Shown here: positions 1 to 10,200 of the stretch, piece by piece
How the letters are laid out: every line of letters starts with the position of its first letter
Numbering within the stretch: position 1 is the stretch's first letter
Assembly (NCBI GenBank): GCA_002269645.1
Contig: NIVC01002428.1
Coordinates: 1-64,000, forward strand
DNA: 64,000 nucleotides
From: Macrostomum lignano
Lineage: Eukaryota
Direction: 5' to 3'
Position numbers and translations under genes: made by a program
Notes under the pieces: generated by a model
The model's input: the letters and a program-made list of their open reading frames with translations, nothing else
Told to the model about the DNA's origin: nothing
The model's database searches: none

Positions 1-349
1 CTGTTGTAGCAAAAATTATACTCTGTCACACAGTCATCTCCAAAGTTTGTCTGCAGCGGACGCGATGGCACCGAGTCTCCATTCACAAACACACCAACGC
101 TGCTCACATTTGCATGCTCAAAGTTGAACGGATTAGTGTCCATGCTTTCCATTGAATGCCTTATTGCTTACGATTTGCCATCAATAAAAGTCGTGGTACT
201 CCACTAGGAAACAAATTTTCATGCGTATGGCTAGACGAATCCTCGGGTATAGTAAACGTACCAAGGCTTAGACTTCGGTGCGGATATAATGCATTGTGAC
301 TTTTAAGTCCATGAGCATGTGCACTGATACACTCGCGAGGGTTAAACAA
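1..349 (-). pseudogene. Polinton major capsid protein (F54H12.2/PY-like), C-terminal half, frameshifted
   Basis: Minus strand reads SAHAHGLKSHNALYP...GTFTIP...HENLFPSGVPRLLLM. After removing two extra A's in A-runs near 175 and 147 it continues AIVSNKAFNGSMDTNPFNFEHANVSSVGVFVNGDSVPSRPLQTNF. This matches the Polinton MCP pattern AH..L...A.YP...TFTIP...DNLF.GQLP.R+++..V.N.AFNG....NPFNF.H......+.V.G..+P..PL...F. Confidence 0.85.
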
Positions 350-369
350 ACCGCAATTGCTTGTAAGAC

Positions 370-1482
370 ATGGCAGCTTGCATCAAGACGGAGTCAATTG
401 TGCGCTCCGACTCGAGTTCGATTTTCTACGTTGGAGAGCAGTCTACAACGACTGGTTCGTCCTGCCAGTCTCGATCTATTGCATGGAAACCATCAATCGA
501 GTGTACAAAATGGTACATTATATTGCAATCCAAGGCTCCAATGGAGCTTTTTCATGGAATCACAGAAAGGCCAGAGCTCGATCATCCGTCTTGCAGACAC
601 GACTCTCGCGACGCAGTAAGTGTCCAATTTCATCCAGACAGCTGTGATAAGGAACTCTTCCACTCTCTCCGGTGAGTAGCATATACATACATGTTTAATT
701 TATACAATTAATTATAGGAAACTATAATCATAATTTATATAATGTTTTGCAGTCAAGTCGAAAAAGGTCTATCGACCAAGTTGAACGAGATTCAAGATGT
801 TCGAACCTTGGCACGACTAACAAAACCAGCTCATCAGCATGCGAACGACGTCCTCGAGTTTGTGCCTCAACAATCGTACCTACCAAATGACAGTGCAAGC
901 AACGAGCTTGTATTGTCCAAAAGGCTGCCTCGTCTGGCGCATTAAATTCGCTGTGCGCTCTCTAACGCTCATAGAATCTTCCGACAACATGTTGCAGCAC
1001 CTTGGCATGTTCAAGGGAGTGCTTGCACACGTAACTGCGACCAAGCCAGCAATTAGAAGCAGGAGTCCGTCCCCAACGTCTACCCGTGACCAAGAAGAAG
1101 CAGATGAACAAAGCCGGCAGAATTCAAGCCAGGTGACGCCTGCCAAGTCACCTGCAAAGCGTCGGTCTACCACCACCGTATCGAAGAAGTCGACTCCATC
1201 GAATGCAGCGCCAGCATCTATTGAACCGGTGGCTAAAAAGCAAGTTCGCAAACGCAGCGGTGCAAAACAGCAAAACAATTCTGCCGAAGCTGGTGCAGAT
1301 GGCACAGACTGGGTGGAGGCTCCACCAGTAAAGATCTTGGTGAGTACACCTGCCGGACCCTCTGGAACCCGGGTGGCGTCCAAGGAGACAGCATTTTAAA
1401 GCGTGCTGCTGCTGATGCGGACGCTACTACAGCTAGCGTGTATTCATCGGACGATTCGTACAGCAGCTCTGATGATGAGTAA
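370..1482 (+). CDS. Putative T7 gp2.5-like / NCLDV-type OB-fold ssDNA-binding protein, spliced, with two apparent frameshifts
   Basis: ORF 370..671 is joined in phase to 753.. by an AT-rich 81-nt GTGAGT...TTGCAG intron (672..752). Sequence pattern: DSSSIFY...IAW...YIILQSKAPMELFHGI...SVQFHP..DKELFHSLRQVEKGL...MTVQATSLY...WRIKFAVRSL. A basic low-complexity linker and acidic tail (SSDDSYSSSDDE*) follow. Shifts near 868 and 1385. Confidence 0.5.
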
Positions 1483-1694
1483 CAAATTTTTTGACTAATT
1501 TTATCCAAGTTTTAACTAACTTATTCCACTATATTTATCAAATTTTTGGCTAGGAAAACAGTATTATTTTTAGGGAAAAGCTCAAAATATTTTTTGCTAC
1601 TCTTTGTACGCCAACCAGGTTTTGTTACTTAATATTAGAATTAACAATAGTATAGTCTTGTTAAACTTTTCTTATTATTTACTTTCCGTTTTAG

Positions 1695-2075
1695 CGACTT
1701 GTCCTATTAATAGTTACTGCGAGTCTGAAGCTGCACCCGTTTGAAAAATTTGATTTAAAGCAGGCCAAACAGAAGCTACAGACCAGAAACCGGTTTTGCA
1801 AACTATTCCTAAGCCGACCAACAATGCTAAAGACAATTTATTCAAACGCTAAAATCCTACTTTATCCAGCAGGAAAACTAACTATACGAGTAAATGGCTG
1901 TAAATCAAATTCTCAGATAGTCTCAGTTTTACGATTTATCAACGATACTATTAATTGTGTAGATTTTGATTTGATACAAGGCTTTATGTTCGATACGCTC
2001 GTAGTCGAGCTAGGTGCACACAATGCCGCGTGCACAATGTCAAATCTGCAGAAAAAAGTTCAGCAATCAAGCTGA
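1695..2075 (+). CDS. TBP-like (TATA-binding protein fold, one repeat) ORF
   Basis: Open frame from 1695: LLIVTASLKL..FDLKQAKQKL...RPTMLKTIYSNAKILLYPAGKLTIRVNGCKSNSQIVSVLRFI...FMFDTLVVEL. It is co-linear with the TBP repeat pattern NIVAS.DL...LDL..+A...FPGL+.R...PK..+LIF.SGK+++TGAKS.E+...A+. No start codon upstream of 1824; the frame begins right after a TTTTAG acceptor-like site. Confidence 0.5.
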   Translation, partial: RLVLLIVTASLKLHPFEKFDLKQAKQKLQTRNRFCKLFLSRPTMLKTIYSNAKILLYPAGKLTIRVNGCKSNSQIVSVLRFINDTINCVDFDLIQGFMFDTLVVELGAHNAACTMSNLQKKVQQSS

Positions 2076-5052
2076 GCTGCATGCTCACTCGCATGGTGAT
2101 TGTTTTTCGCCGGAACGATTACTGGCCGGATCACTGCAAAACCTGATCGAAAACTCACCAGATGGGTGGTCCATCACTTTGCGCGAGTCAGCTCATCGTG
2201 GTCGGGTAAATTTTGTCGAATTTACTCCCTCTCTTGAACAACAAGACAGCAGCAGCAGCTCTGGCGAGTTACTTCCTGGCGAGTTGATTGCATCTTTAAG
2301 AGGACTAATATTTAAAATATTGGAAAAAATTGGCTCACCCAGTTTATTAATAAGAGTCTGCTTTCACTTGAAAGTGACACTATTTCGACCGAAAGCAGAC
2401 GACGACGACAGCGATGGCTCGAGCAGAGAAGAGATCATTTCGGTCTATTTTAATACCAACATTGCGAAAATATCATTTGATGAGACGATTGCAAACAGTG
2501 ACATGCTGTTTTCTCCGAGGCCTACAATGACTGGTTCGCACGCGCTACTAATCAGCTGTAATAAAAATTGACAATTTTTAATCTCGAGGTAGTAATTGGC
2601 AATATAGAGCAATCGAGCAGCTAGACTTGATGCTCTGCGTTTATTGCAAAAGCCATGCAAGCACACTGTCAACAAATACGTCCCACGATGGTGTGGGGGC
2701 GGGCGGCAGCGGTGGTGATGGTGGCGGCGGCGGCGGCGGCGGGCGCGGGAGTCCGGTCCAGTCCGGTCCTGTCCGATTAAACAGCGGGCGTTTAAAGTTC
2801 CAGTCTCAATCGGGCGCAAAGCTGGAGCAGTACTGCTTCTAAAGCCGCACAGAGCAAATCAGTACGACTCAATATCGCTACTCAATATTGGCGAGTATAT
2901 TTCATCCTTGTGTGCAAAATGCGAAAAGGAAAGACAGCTATGTGCAATGGATGAGAGAATTTAATTTTGGTCGACAAGCTAATGGACCAGCTCGCCATTC
3001 AAGTAGATCGTACAAAACATTTTGCCGACGCAATCCGAGAGTTAGTCTACGAGTATTTGTGTGGGATCACGAGACCAAGACGAGCACATTATTTTACTCG
3101 CAAAGAAGCAAATATGATGGCGATTGTTATTTTGCAAGCTGCCTGTTTGTGCCGCGGTATGACGATTTTGAATTTGGCCATTATTTACCAATTCGCAATT
3201 TGAACCGGTTATTGAGCAAGCGAGGAAAACAGCGACGCACTGCACGGAAGAAGATTATGGTCGAGCTTGTGCAGCTTGGAATCAGTTCGAGTGTCGAAAT
3301 CTTCGAGATTACACAACAGCCTATTTGTTGCTTGATGTACTGCTGCTATGCGACGTCTTTGAAAATTTTCGTCAGACTGCGCTGCGTGAATATGGTCTCG
3401 ATCCGACTCACTTTTTGGGTGCACCAATGTTTAGCATGGTAGCCTGCCTGTTGCGGGTAGACGAACCAATAAAATTGTTTACCGACGCATCTATGTATGC
3501 CGAAGTTGAGTCCTCCATTCGAGGCGGTTTCAGTTTTGGAACGCGACATGTAACGACGGCCAATAACCCGAGTGTAGCAGAATACAGAAGCGAGTTTGAT
3601 CGACTTGATCCGGACTTTGAAAGCTTGCGAAAAAATGCACCATATGGAACTTATCTAGCATACTTGGACGCTGATTCGCTCTACTCAAGCTGCATGATTC
3701 AACCTTTACCAGTTGGCGATTTTTTATGGCTATCACGCGATGAAATTGGGAACATTCCAACTGATAGTGTGAGTGCAGACTATTTGGAAAATCCAAGTGT
3801 TAAAAGTCGACTATTGGATTGGTTAGACAATTTTTGTAACGACGAACAAGGAGCAATGTTCACTGTGGATCTATATTATCCTCGCTTCTTGCCTGACTCG
3901 ACAGCAGATCTTCCGCTTGCAATTGGTCACGAATTAGTTGGCGAAGACCGACTTAGTGAACAGATGAAACTGGACTGGCTTTGCCTTCAAAGAGAACTTA
4001 ATCCAGATCGTTTTGAAAACGCAACAAGCTATGGTGATGTGAAAGCTTTCAGCAGCTCGACGCGAAAATTGATTGGGTCTGTGCTTCACAAAAAAAGTAT
4101 GTTGTGCATCATCGAGCTCTTCGATTGTATCTAGAATTGGGAATGCGCGTAACGCGTGTTTACCGCGTAATTCGATTTATAGAACGAGCAATTTTGCGAT
4201 CCTATATTGAAAACAATATTGAGCGGCGTAAAGTAGCAAAAACTGAATTCGAACGCGACTTTTTCAAGTTGCTAAACAATGCTCTTTTCGGAAAGTTTCT
4301 GCAACGAGTTCGCGATCGACTCAATTTCCGCATGTGTTCAGAAGCTGAAAAATTGGAGAAATATGTTTCCGAGAAGATTTTCTTGACGTAGTAATTTATA
4401 ATGAAAGTCTGGCAGAAGTTAGCCTCGCTCCGCGTCGTGTTGCGCTAGACAAACCGATTATAATCGGTGCTGCAATCCTAGACATTGCAAAGACTCTTGT
4501 GTACGACTTTTATTACAATCATGTTCAGATTCATCATTCACAAGCAAGTGCTGGGGTACTCGCAGGAGATACTGATAGTCTTATGCTGGCTCTAGTCATG
4601 CGTAAACCGGACGAGACTCCTTACGATGCCTTGTTCAAAGATTTGGCAGAAGAAGGTTTGCTAGACACGAGTAATTGATTCACCATCGCATGCTCTGTAC
4701 TCGACAAAACACAAGGGTCGACTTTTGGCGTGTTTAAAGACGAGTTTAAAGGGTGTGTACCACTGGAACTGGTATTTTTGCGACCAAAAATTACTCCTTC
4801 GTGTATGCCAATGGAACTATAGATCAAGTCTCGCGCTGCAAAGGTGTCTGCAAGACTGTAGCACAAAGTCTAAAGCATCAAGACTATTTGAGAGTTTTGC
4901 ACAAGCGACAACTTGTGTTTTCGCGCATGCAGTCGATTCGCTCTCGAAAACAGAAAGTTTTTTTAATGCAACAAAGAAAACTTGCACTAAGCTTTTTCGA
5001 TACCAAGCGATCTTGGACAAGTTGCATCGATTCGCTGCCATTTGGTCACTAG
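2023..5052 (+). pseudogene. Protein-primed family B DNA polymerase (Polinton type), frameshifted, internally deleted
   Basis: N-terminal C2H2-like CQIC..F..QAELHAH, then GSNWQYRAIEQLDL and GHYLPIRNLNRLLS. Further motifs: EDYGRACAAWNQF..RNLRDY...YLLLDVLLLCDVFENFR; SSIRGG; motif A YLDADSLY; motif B KLLNNALFGK; motif C GDTDSL (~4565); FKDE; PKNYS; SRCKGV; end SLPFGH*. Multiple +/-1 shifts and stops. Confidence 0.92.
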
Positions 5053-5356
5053 CGCTTGACCAATTAACAATATGCTCTGATATATTTTGTTGTACAAAGT
5101 ATAAATAGCATGAAATAGAAGACTGTAAGCCATCATTAATTTTCATTGATCGTAATTTTACAATAAAAAAATGGTGCGTGTATTCATTTAATTTTTTATT
5201 TTAGCACTTTTTGTGTTTAATTATTTGAAAGAGTATAATTTTTATAGTTAGATTCGTATGACTAGGTTGTAGTGAACGTAAATGTGATTGCTAACGTTCA
5301 TGTTTCAAGAAAAAGAAAAAAACTTTTTTAAACTCTCAGTTACAAGAATCGACAAC

Positions 5357-5905
5357 ATGAATGCCGAGCAGCAGCACCAACAGCAACAGCAGCAGTACCA
5401 ACTTTTAGTTGAACGCCTGTACGAATCGGCAACAATTCCGACCCGAAAAACTGTCGGCTCGATTGGTTACGATCTCTGTGCAGGCGTAGATGGTACTATT
5501 CCGGCCTACGAGTCCCGCAGTGTACGAACCGGACTTAAAGTCCGGTTACCGGCTGGTACTTATGGCAGGATTGCGGCACGATCAAGCATGGCTCTGCGCG
5601 GTATCTTTGTTGGCGGCGGCGTAATTGACCCCGACTATACAGGGGAAATCTGTATAGTTTTGTTCAACTACAGCTCGGAGGATTTTGATTACTATGCCGG
5701 GCTAAGTATCGCGCAACTCGTTCTTGAGCAGGCTGTGCTTGCTTCAGTCTATGTCACTGAAGTCGACAACTCTATTCGGATGATTGAGCCGCCGACCAAG
5801 CGGCGCGGTTTTGGCGGCTTTGAATATAGTATTTCTTTTGCTGTAATGATTGACCATTTCGGGTCTTGTATTTATAGCAAGCATTGCATGCTGTTTGTGA
5901 ACTAG
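5357..5905 (+). CDS. dut: Trimeric dUTPase (viral), motif 5 degenerate
   Basis: Motifs GSIGYDL, RSSMA, GVIDPDYTGEI and IAQLV are present; motif 5 reads RRGFGGFEYS instead of RG.GGFGSTG. Likely ATG at 5357, followed by a Gln-rich N-terminus. Confidence 0.9.
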   Translation: MNAEQQHQQQQQQYQLLVERLYESATIPTRKTVGSIGYDLCAGVDGTIPAYESRSVRTGLKVRLPAGTYGRIAARSSMALRGIFVGGGVIDPDYTGEICIVLFNYSSEDFDYYAGLSIAQLVLEQAVLASVYVTEVDNSIRMIEPPTKRRGFGGFEYSISFAVMIDHFGSCIYSKHCMLFVN

Positions 5906-6003
5906 TAAACAAATTTAATTGTTGCGTGCTGATTAAGGCATGTTGCGTGCCAAAGGTGGCATAAGTTTCTAGGGTGGGTTGCATGATTAGGTCTAATTTT
6001 ACG

Positions 6004-6550
6004 CAATCTAGAAATTCTGAACTAGCAGAGGATCAGTCTAAACAGAAACCTAACTAGCAGACAATCAATCTAGAAACTGAAGTAGCAGAGGATCAGTCTA
6101 AACAGAAACCTAACTAGCAGACAATCAATCTAGAAACTGAAGTAGCAGAGGATCAGTCTAAACAGAAACCTAACTAGCAGACAATCAATCTAGAAACTGA
6201 AGTAGCAGAGGATCAGTCTAAACAGAAACCGAACTTAGCAGACAATCAATCTGGAGACTGAATTAGCAGAGAATCAGTCTAAACAGAAACCGAACTTAGC
6301 AGACAATCAATCTGGAGACTGAATTAGCAGAGAATCAATGTAAACTAAACTAACAGAGGATCGGTCTAAACAGAAACCGAACTAACAATCAATCTAGAGA
6401 CTGAACTAGCAGACAATCAATCTAGAGACTGAACTAGCAGAGAATCAATGTAAACTGAACTAACAGAGGATCGGTCTAAACAGAAACCGAACTAACAATC
6501 AATCTAGAGACTGAACTAGCGAACAGTCAATCTAAAAAAACTGAACTAGA
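6004..6550. repeat. Tandem array, 60-bp unit with degenerate sub-units
   Basis: Lines 6061 and 6121 are identical (60-bp period): actgaagtagcagaggatcagtctaaacagaaacctaactagcagacaatcaatctagaa. Confidence 0.95.
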
Positions 6551-7014
6551 GTAGGTGATTATCTTACCTTGTTTAACATAGCGCTCGCCAATTCCTACTG
6601 ACGTGATCGCTTCATTTGACTTAAGATGCAAGTCGAACAAGTAGTGTAGTGTAGACTTGGTTTGAGTTATTGAATATTTTCTGTATCAGTGTGTTCGTAT
6701 ATATAGTATAAAGAAGCATGTTGACGTGGTTGTTGACATAGTATCTGTAAACCATCTGCTCAAGTTGGTGCGAAAATGCTATAGATACTCAAGAATAGAT
6801 CATTTTGCCATATTTCTTCAAAAGGGTGGTAATATTCGCAAGTTTTCAATATTTCAATAGCACTTGAAATGTGTGAATAGCTTTGGAGTAAATTTGTCTT
6901 GAATGGAATCCTTTGAAGTGTGTTTGTGTCACCATTGCTAGAATCGGTTACTTGTATTTTGGACAGGTGGATATGCAATTCGTCTGAATAATCACGTTGC
7001 GTAAAAGATATTTA

Positions 7015-7084
7015 GCGTGCACATGGAATTTTAGACTGCGTGCACATGGAATTTCAGACTGCGTGCACATGAAATTTCGGACTC
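7015..7084. repeat. Three direct copies of a 23-bp unit
   Basis: gcgtgcacatggaattt(t/c)agact x3. Confidence 0.85.
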
Positions 7085-7243
7085 TGCCATTTTTTGGGGC
7101 TGTACTTACTAAGTATTTTGCCATAAGGAAATCGGCTTTGTGTCAAAGAAACATATACTACTATCATACTTTGGGTACTTTGGCACAAGAGTCAAGACCC
7201 CTGTACCACATGCGTTCAGATCAAGGTAAACAACATCAATTAC

Positions 7244-10200
7244 CAGTCCATCCGTGAACTTCAGCACCACCGTCTGCACATCGGCAATCGGATATTGGGG
7301 CATCGAGTAGAAACAGTGCGCGTCGTGTGGATCCATTGTCTCGATCACGACAGTCACGTGAGCAGCATCTGGCGACACGTAGGTTATATAGCTGCCGTTG
7401 CCAGGGAGGAGGCCGCTGCCGTTGCCAACGGGAAGATAGCGCCAGCCAGGCTCGGAGAAGTGCGTGTGGTGCGCTGCAGGATTTGGGAGTCGGTTGCGGT
7501 GCAGTGAGGTTTGGGTGTCGTTTGCTAATCCTAGTATGCATGTAAGTGGCTTAACGATGGTACTTTGCTTCATGTCTGTCGAGTTCAAGATCCTTCAAGA
7601 TGCTCACCTGTCACCCAGATTGGCGGTTTCACCTGATAGTTTCCGGACCAGGGCTCTCTGGCCGACATCAGGCTGTTATCCGAGTAGGGAAAACCACGAT
7701 AGTAGCTGGTGAGCAGGTTCCAGGCGATAGCACTGTAAACACAATTTTTAATAAAATAATTCATGCCAATTCAAAAACAATTTAAAAATAATTCAAATTG
7801 GAAATTCAATGGTGGCACGGGTTAAAGAATACTTAAACTGTTGAGACTGACGTGCAGAGGGGGGTAATTAAACTGGAGAGACTGGGGTGCAGGGGTAATT
7901 AAACTGGAGAGACTGGGGTGCAGGGGTAATTAAACTGGAGAGACTGGGGTGCAGGGGTAATTAAACTGGAGAGACTGGGGTGCAGGGGTAATTAAACTGG
8001 AGAGACTGGGGTGCAGGGGTAATTAAACTGGAGAGACTGGGGTGCAGGGGTAATTAAACTGGAGAGACTGGGGTGCAGGGGTAATTAAACTGGAGAGACT
8101 GGGTGGAGGGACAATTAAACTGGCGGGCAGTGATGCCTCACCCCGACAGGTTTCCCATCACGAATGGTTCGTTAAGAATCCTAGCCCAGCATCCTCCACC
8201 ATTGATGTCGTTGTAAGCACTGAACTCCTCCGAGCAGATCATGGTCTTGTTGAGCAGCTTGGCCTCGGGCGGGCTGTCAGCGCCTGGGTAGTGGGCGCCA
8301 AGAACGTCCACAGCGTCGTACAGCGCCTTGTTTGCCGCGGCCGCCTTCAGGAAGCCGACATCCCACAGGGAGTCCGTGGCCACGATTCTCGTGGATGCGA
8401 AGCCGCTGGCGTCAAGAGCTTTTCGAAGCATCTGAGTTTGTTTTTGTGAAAAAAAATCGTGACTGCTTCCTAGTAAAGAAACGTGTGAAAACGCACAAAA
8501 TGTTCAATCTTACTACTCAATGAAGAGTAGTTGACGCTAAATATAGTTCGAATGGACTACCGGTAAAAAAATGATCTCGTGTAAAAGATTAAATTTAGAA
8601 TCGATTTTAATATATTATGCGGAATTCAAACGGCAGAGTTTTAGCCACAGACTTTCCAAATGCTCAATTGATTTCAAGAATTCCCCAAATTGAAACACAA
8701 AGAAAGAACTTGAGGAACCATGAAGCAAAGAGTCTCTTGTTAAAAATACTCTGAGCAGCCTCACACTACTGACGCTGCCGCCATGAGACGGTTATTTGGC
8801 GCCAAACCAAAGACGCAGACGCCCACAGATTGCATCGCCCGACTTCGATCTACAGAGGAACTGCTGCAGAAGAAGATCGCCCACCTGGAGAAGAAGATCG
8901 AGCAAGAGACGGAAACGGCGAAGCGACTGGCGTCAACCAACAAAAAAGGCGCGCTGCAGGCGCTGACCCGGAAGAAGCGCTACGAGAAGCAGATCCAGCA
9001 GCTGGACGGCACTCTCAGCACGCTGGAGTTTCAGCGCGAAGCCCTGGAGAACGCCAGCATGAACCGGGAGGTCGTGAGCTCGATGAAGACCGCCTCGGAG
9101 GCAATGAAAACTGCCAACAAGGGCGTCGGCGTAGACGACATTAACAAGCTGATGGACGACATTCAGGAGCAGCGCGAGATTGCCGAGGAGCTCACTAACG
9201 CCATCTCGGCTCCATCCAGCGGATCCAGCGAACTGGACGATGACGAGCTGATGGCGGAGCTGCAGCAGCTGGAGCAGCAGGACAAGGTGCCGCAGGCTGC
9301 CGAGCCGTCACTGCAGCTGCCCGAACCCGTGCGCGACCCGCTGCCCGCCGACGGTGCAAAGAAGAAGAAAAAGCAGAAAGACGACGAGGACCTGGAAAAG
9401 CTGCAGGCCTGGCTGGCTTAGAGACCGGCGTGGTGACGCGTTGAAAGTTTGGCTTCTTGCATCCTCTGTTCAGCATTTTGTTCAGGAGTAAATCGACAAT
9501 TTTAGTTTGAATTTTGCGTTCACCTATAAATGACTGCCGTTTTGTCACCATGGTGTTTAAATGCTTTGCCCTTTAACTGGGAAGGGAAGACCGGTTAAAG
9601 AAATTGATTTGTGCGATGTACTTTTTGAGAGGCTTTCACAATGTGCTTTCACTCTGTAATATTGCCATCTCAACACTTATTTTTGAAGATCAAATTTGGC
9701 AGCTGCCAACGATCACGCATGCATGGAGAACTGAAGGCCGCTGGACGCGCAAATCCTGCAAAAGTTACTCTGGAAGCTGCGGTTTTTCTACATTCTCTAA
9801 ATTCCTATAAATTGCCTTGATCTCACCCTCTAGACTGATTGTCGCAACTTTCTCAGTCATTTCTTCAGTTCACCGCAAAGATACTAAATAACTTGTTGTG
9901 CTACTTAGGCACATATACTTAAAGGCAGCCAATAAATGACTTCGATAATTTTAAAAGCCCAAGCTTGCAGGCTTAAACAACTTGCTAATTGTTTCAGTAA
10001 TAATGTACATTAGCCAGTACACTGAAATGTACATGGCAGCTTTAGGCTGGAATTCCGAGAAAGGCAATAAAAACTGGGGTGGGGGCGGGAGGTAGTGTGG
10101 AAAGGCACGGTTGGAGGGTTTAAGCTGTGGGTAAGAGCCAATGAATGAGCCTTGACTTTAAAAATACATTAAAATGCTTCTGTTTAACTTACTACTGAAC

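Larger units (their letters stand above)
1..6550. mobile_element. Polinton/Maverick (adintovirus-like) endogenous viral element, degraded, left part outside window
   Basis: Polinton-type major capsid motifs, protein-primed PolB motifs A/B/C and a dUTPase co-occur within 6 kb. Right boundary not defined (no TIR or TSD identifiable). Confidence 0.85.

Noticed and set aside
350-690. Minus-strand continuation of the MCP (weak RLLSNVE / SVLM...YK / YSPE...WMKLDT matches)
   Set aside because: It needs many frameshifts and the spacing is off. The plus-strand ORF with an in-phase canonical intron explains the region better, though this is not fully excluded.
880-1383. Antisense ORFs over the viral genes, the RTE and the EGF gene exons
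   Set aside because: Shadow ORFs of GC-rich coding sequence on the opposite strand.
6004-6550. Regular arrays (60-bp here, 82-bp at 58263) as possible CRISPR arrays
   Set aside because: Units are repeated in full with no unique spacers; the context is eukaryotic and there are no cas genes.
6660-6990. Minus-strand ORF (GDTNTLQRIPF...YYHPF) as a Polinton minor capsid or Penelope RT remnant
   Set aside because: Only faint resemblance to either; not supportable without a profile search.
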